A stretch of 64,000 nucleotides of DNA. Source: an uncultured delta proteobacterium (GTDB lineage Bacteria; Desulfobacterota; Syntrophia; Syntrophales; UBA2185). Position numbers and translations under genes: made by a program. How positions within the stretch are numbered: position 1 is the stretch's first letter; every line of letters begins with the position of its first letter. The stretch is taken from assembly GCA_963695875.1 (NCBI GenBank), contig CAVOID010000007.1:64001-128000 (forward strand), read 5' to 3'. Below the pieces are notes generated by a model, which ran no database searches, had not been told where the DNA came from, and saw only the letters and a program-made list of their open reading frames with translations. Shown here one piece after another: positions 63,396 through 64,000 of this stretch.

Positions 63396-64000
63396 ATGAT
63401 TTCACAATCAATGATTTCTCTGGTCATCCCTGTTTATAATGAAGAAGAGAACCTGAACAAATTGATGGAACGTATTCGGCCGGTCATGCAAAGCATGGAC
63501 AGGCCTTATGAGATAATTTTAATAGATGACGGCAGCCGGGATAGTTCCCTTTCCATATTAAGAAGTCTCACAAAATACCCCGAGGTCAGAGTTGTAGAAC
63601 TTGTCAGAAACTATGGGCAACATGCGGCAATCCTTGCCGGCTTTTCTATAGTCAGAGGCGATATTGTTATCACGTTGGATGCCGATCTGCAAAACCCTCC
63701 CGAAGAGATACCGAAGCTTGTGAAAGAGATGGAAGCCGGCAGCTATGACGTGGTGGGTACAATAAGAAAAGGCCGTAAGGATTCCTTATTAAGGATAATA
63801 CCGTCAAAGATCATTAATATAATCACGCGAAGAATAACTAAGGTCAGGATGACCGACTGGGGATGCATGCTGCGGGCTTATCGACGCCCCGTGGTCGAGC
63901 GCATGATCGCCTGTCACGAGCACGCAACGTTTATCCCGGCGCTGGCTACTTATTTGGGAAAGCGGGTGACGGAAATTGAGGTTGCCCACGAAGAGAGAGC
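63396..64000 (+). CDS. arnC: ArnC-like GT2 glycosyltransferase, running off the window end (not in ORF track)
   Basis: SLVIPVYNEEEN, IDDGSRD, RNYGQHAA, LDADLQNPPEEI, DWGCMLR. Confidence 0.85.
   Translation, partial: MISQSMISLVIPVYNEEENLNKLMERIRPVMQSMDRPYEIILIDDGSRDSSLSILRSLTKYPEVRVVELVRNYGQHAAILAGFSIVRGDIVITLDADLQNPPEEIPKLVKEMEAGSYDVVGTIRKGRKDSLLRIIPSKIINIITRRITKVRMTDWGCMLRAYRRPVVERMIACHEHATFIPALATYLGKRVTEIEVAHEER

Overview
Bacterial DNA, probably Desulfobacterota/Deltaproteobacteria (Syntrophales-like; inferred from gene content, not proven). There are three zones. (1) 1-10.1 kb is a signalling block: Zn-ribbon/PilZ, a pseudo-receiver, HAMP/HD-GYP, REC-PAS-GGDEF, and a PAS-LuxR plus PAS histidine kinase pair with near-identical 5' ends. 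(2) 10.1-34.1 kb is a heavily duplicated, almost all plus-strand island of small stress and envelope genes: BON x4, CsbD x2, lmo0937-like x3, DUF3185 x2, DUF3309, SYLF, Spy-like x2, beta-barrel x2, OmpA x2, USP, YtxH and Gly/His-rich lipopeptides x3. It is interrupted by one DDE insertion sequence and two copies of a ~120-bp hairpin element (third copy at 35.1 kb). (3) 34.2-64 kb is mostly core genes: tatA, nadD, pgk, fprA, ZraPSR-like with a sigma-54 promoter, leuB, fbp, aldolase and arnT/B/C-like. The most unusual items are a ~780-aa charged helical repeat protein ending in a catalytically dead IS607-type serine-recombinase domain, an OmpA lipoprotein fused to a permuted papain-like peptidase domain, a partly inverted miniature element at paralogous sites, and an orphan PEP-CTERM tail. 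Single-base frameshifts are frequent even in housekeeping genes, so many are probably sequencing or assembly errors. I recognised no rRNA, tRNA or CRISPR array. All family calls come from motif recognition by eye; no searches were run.
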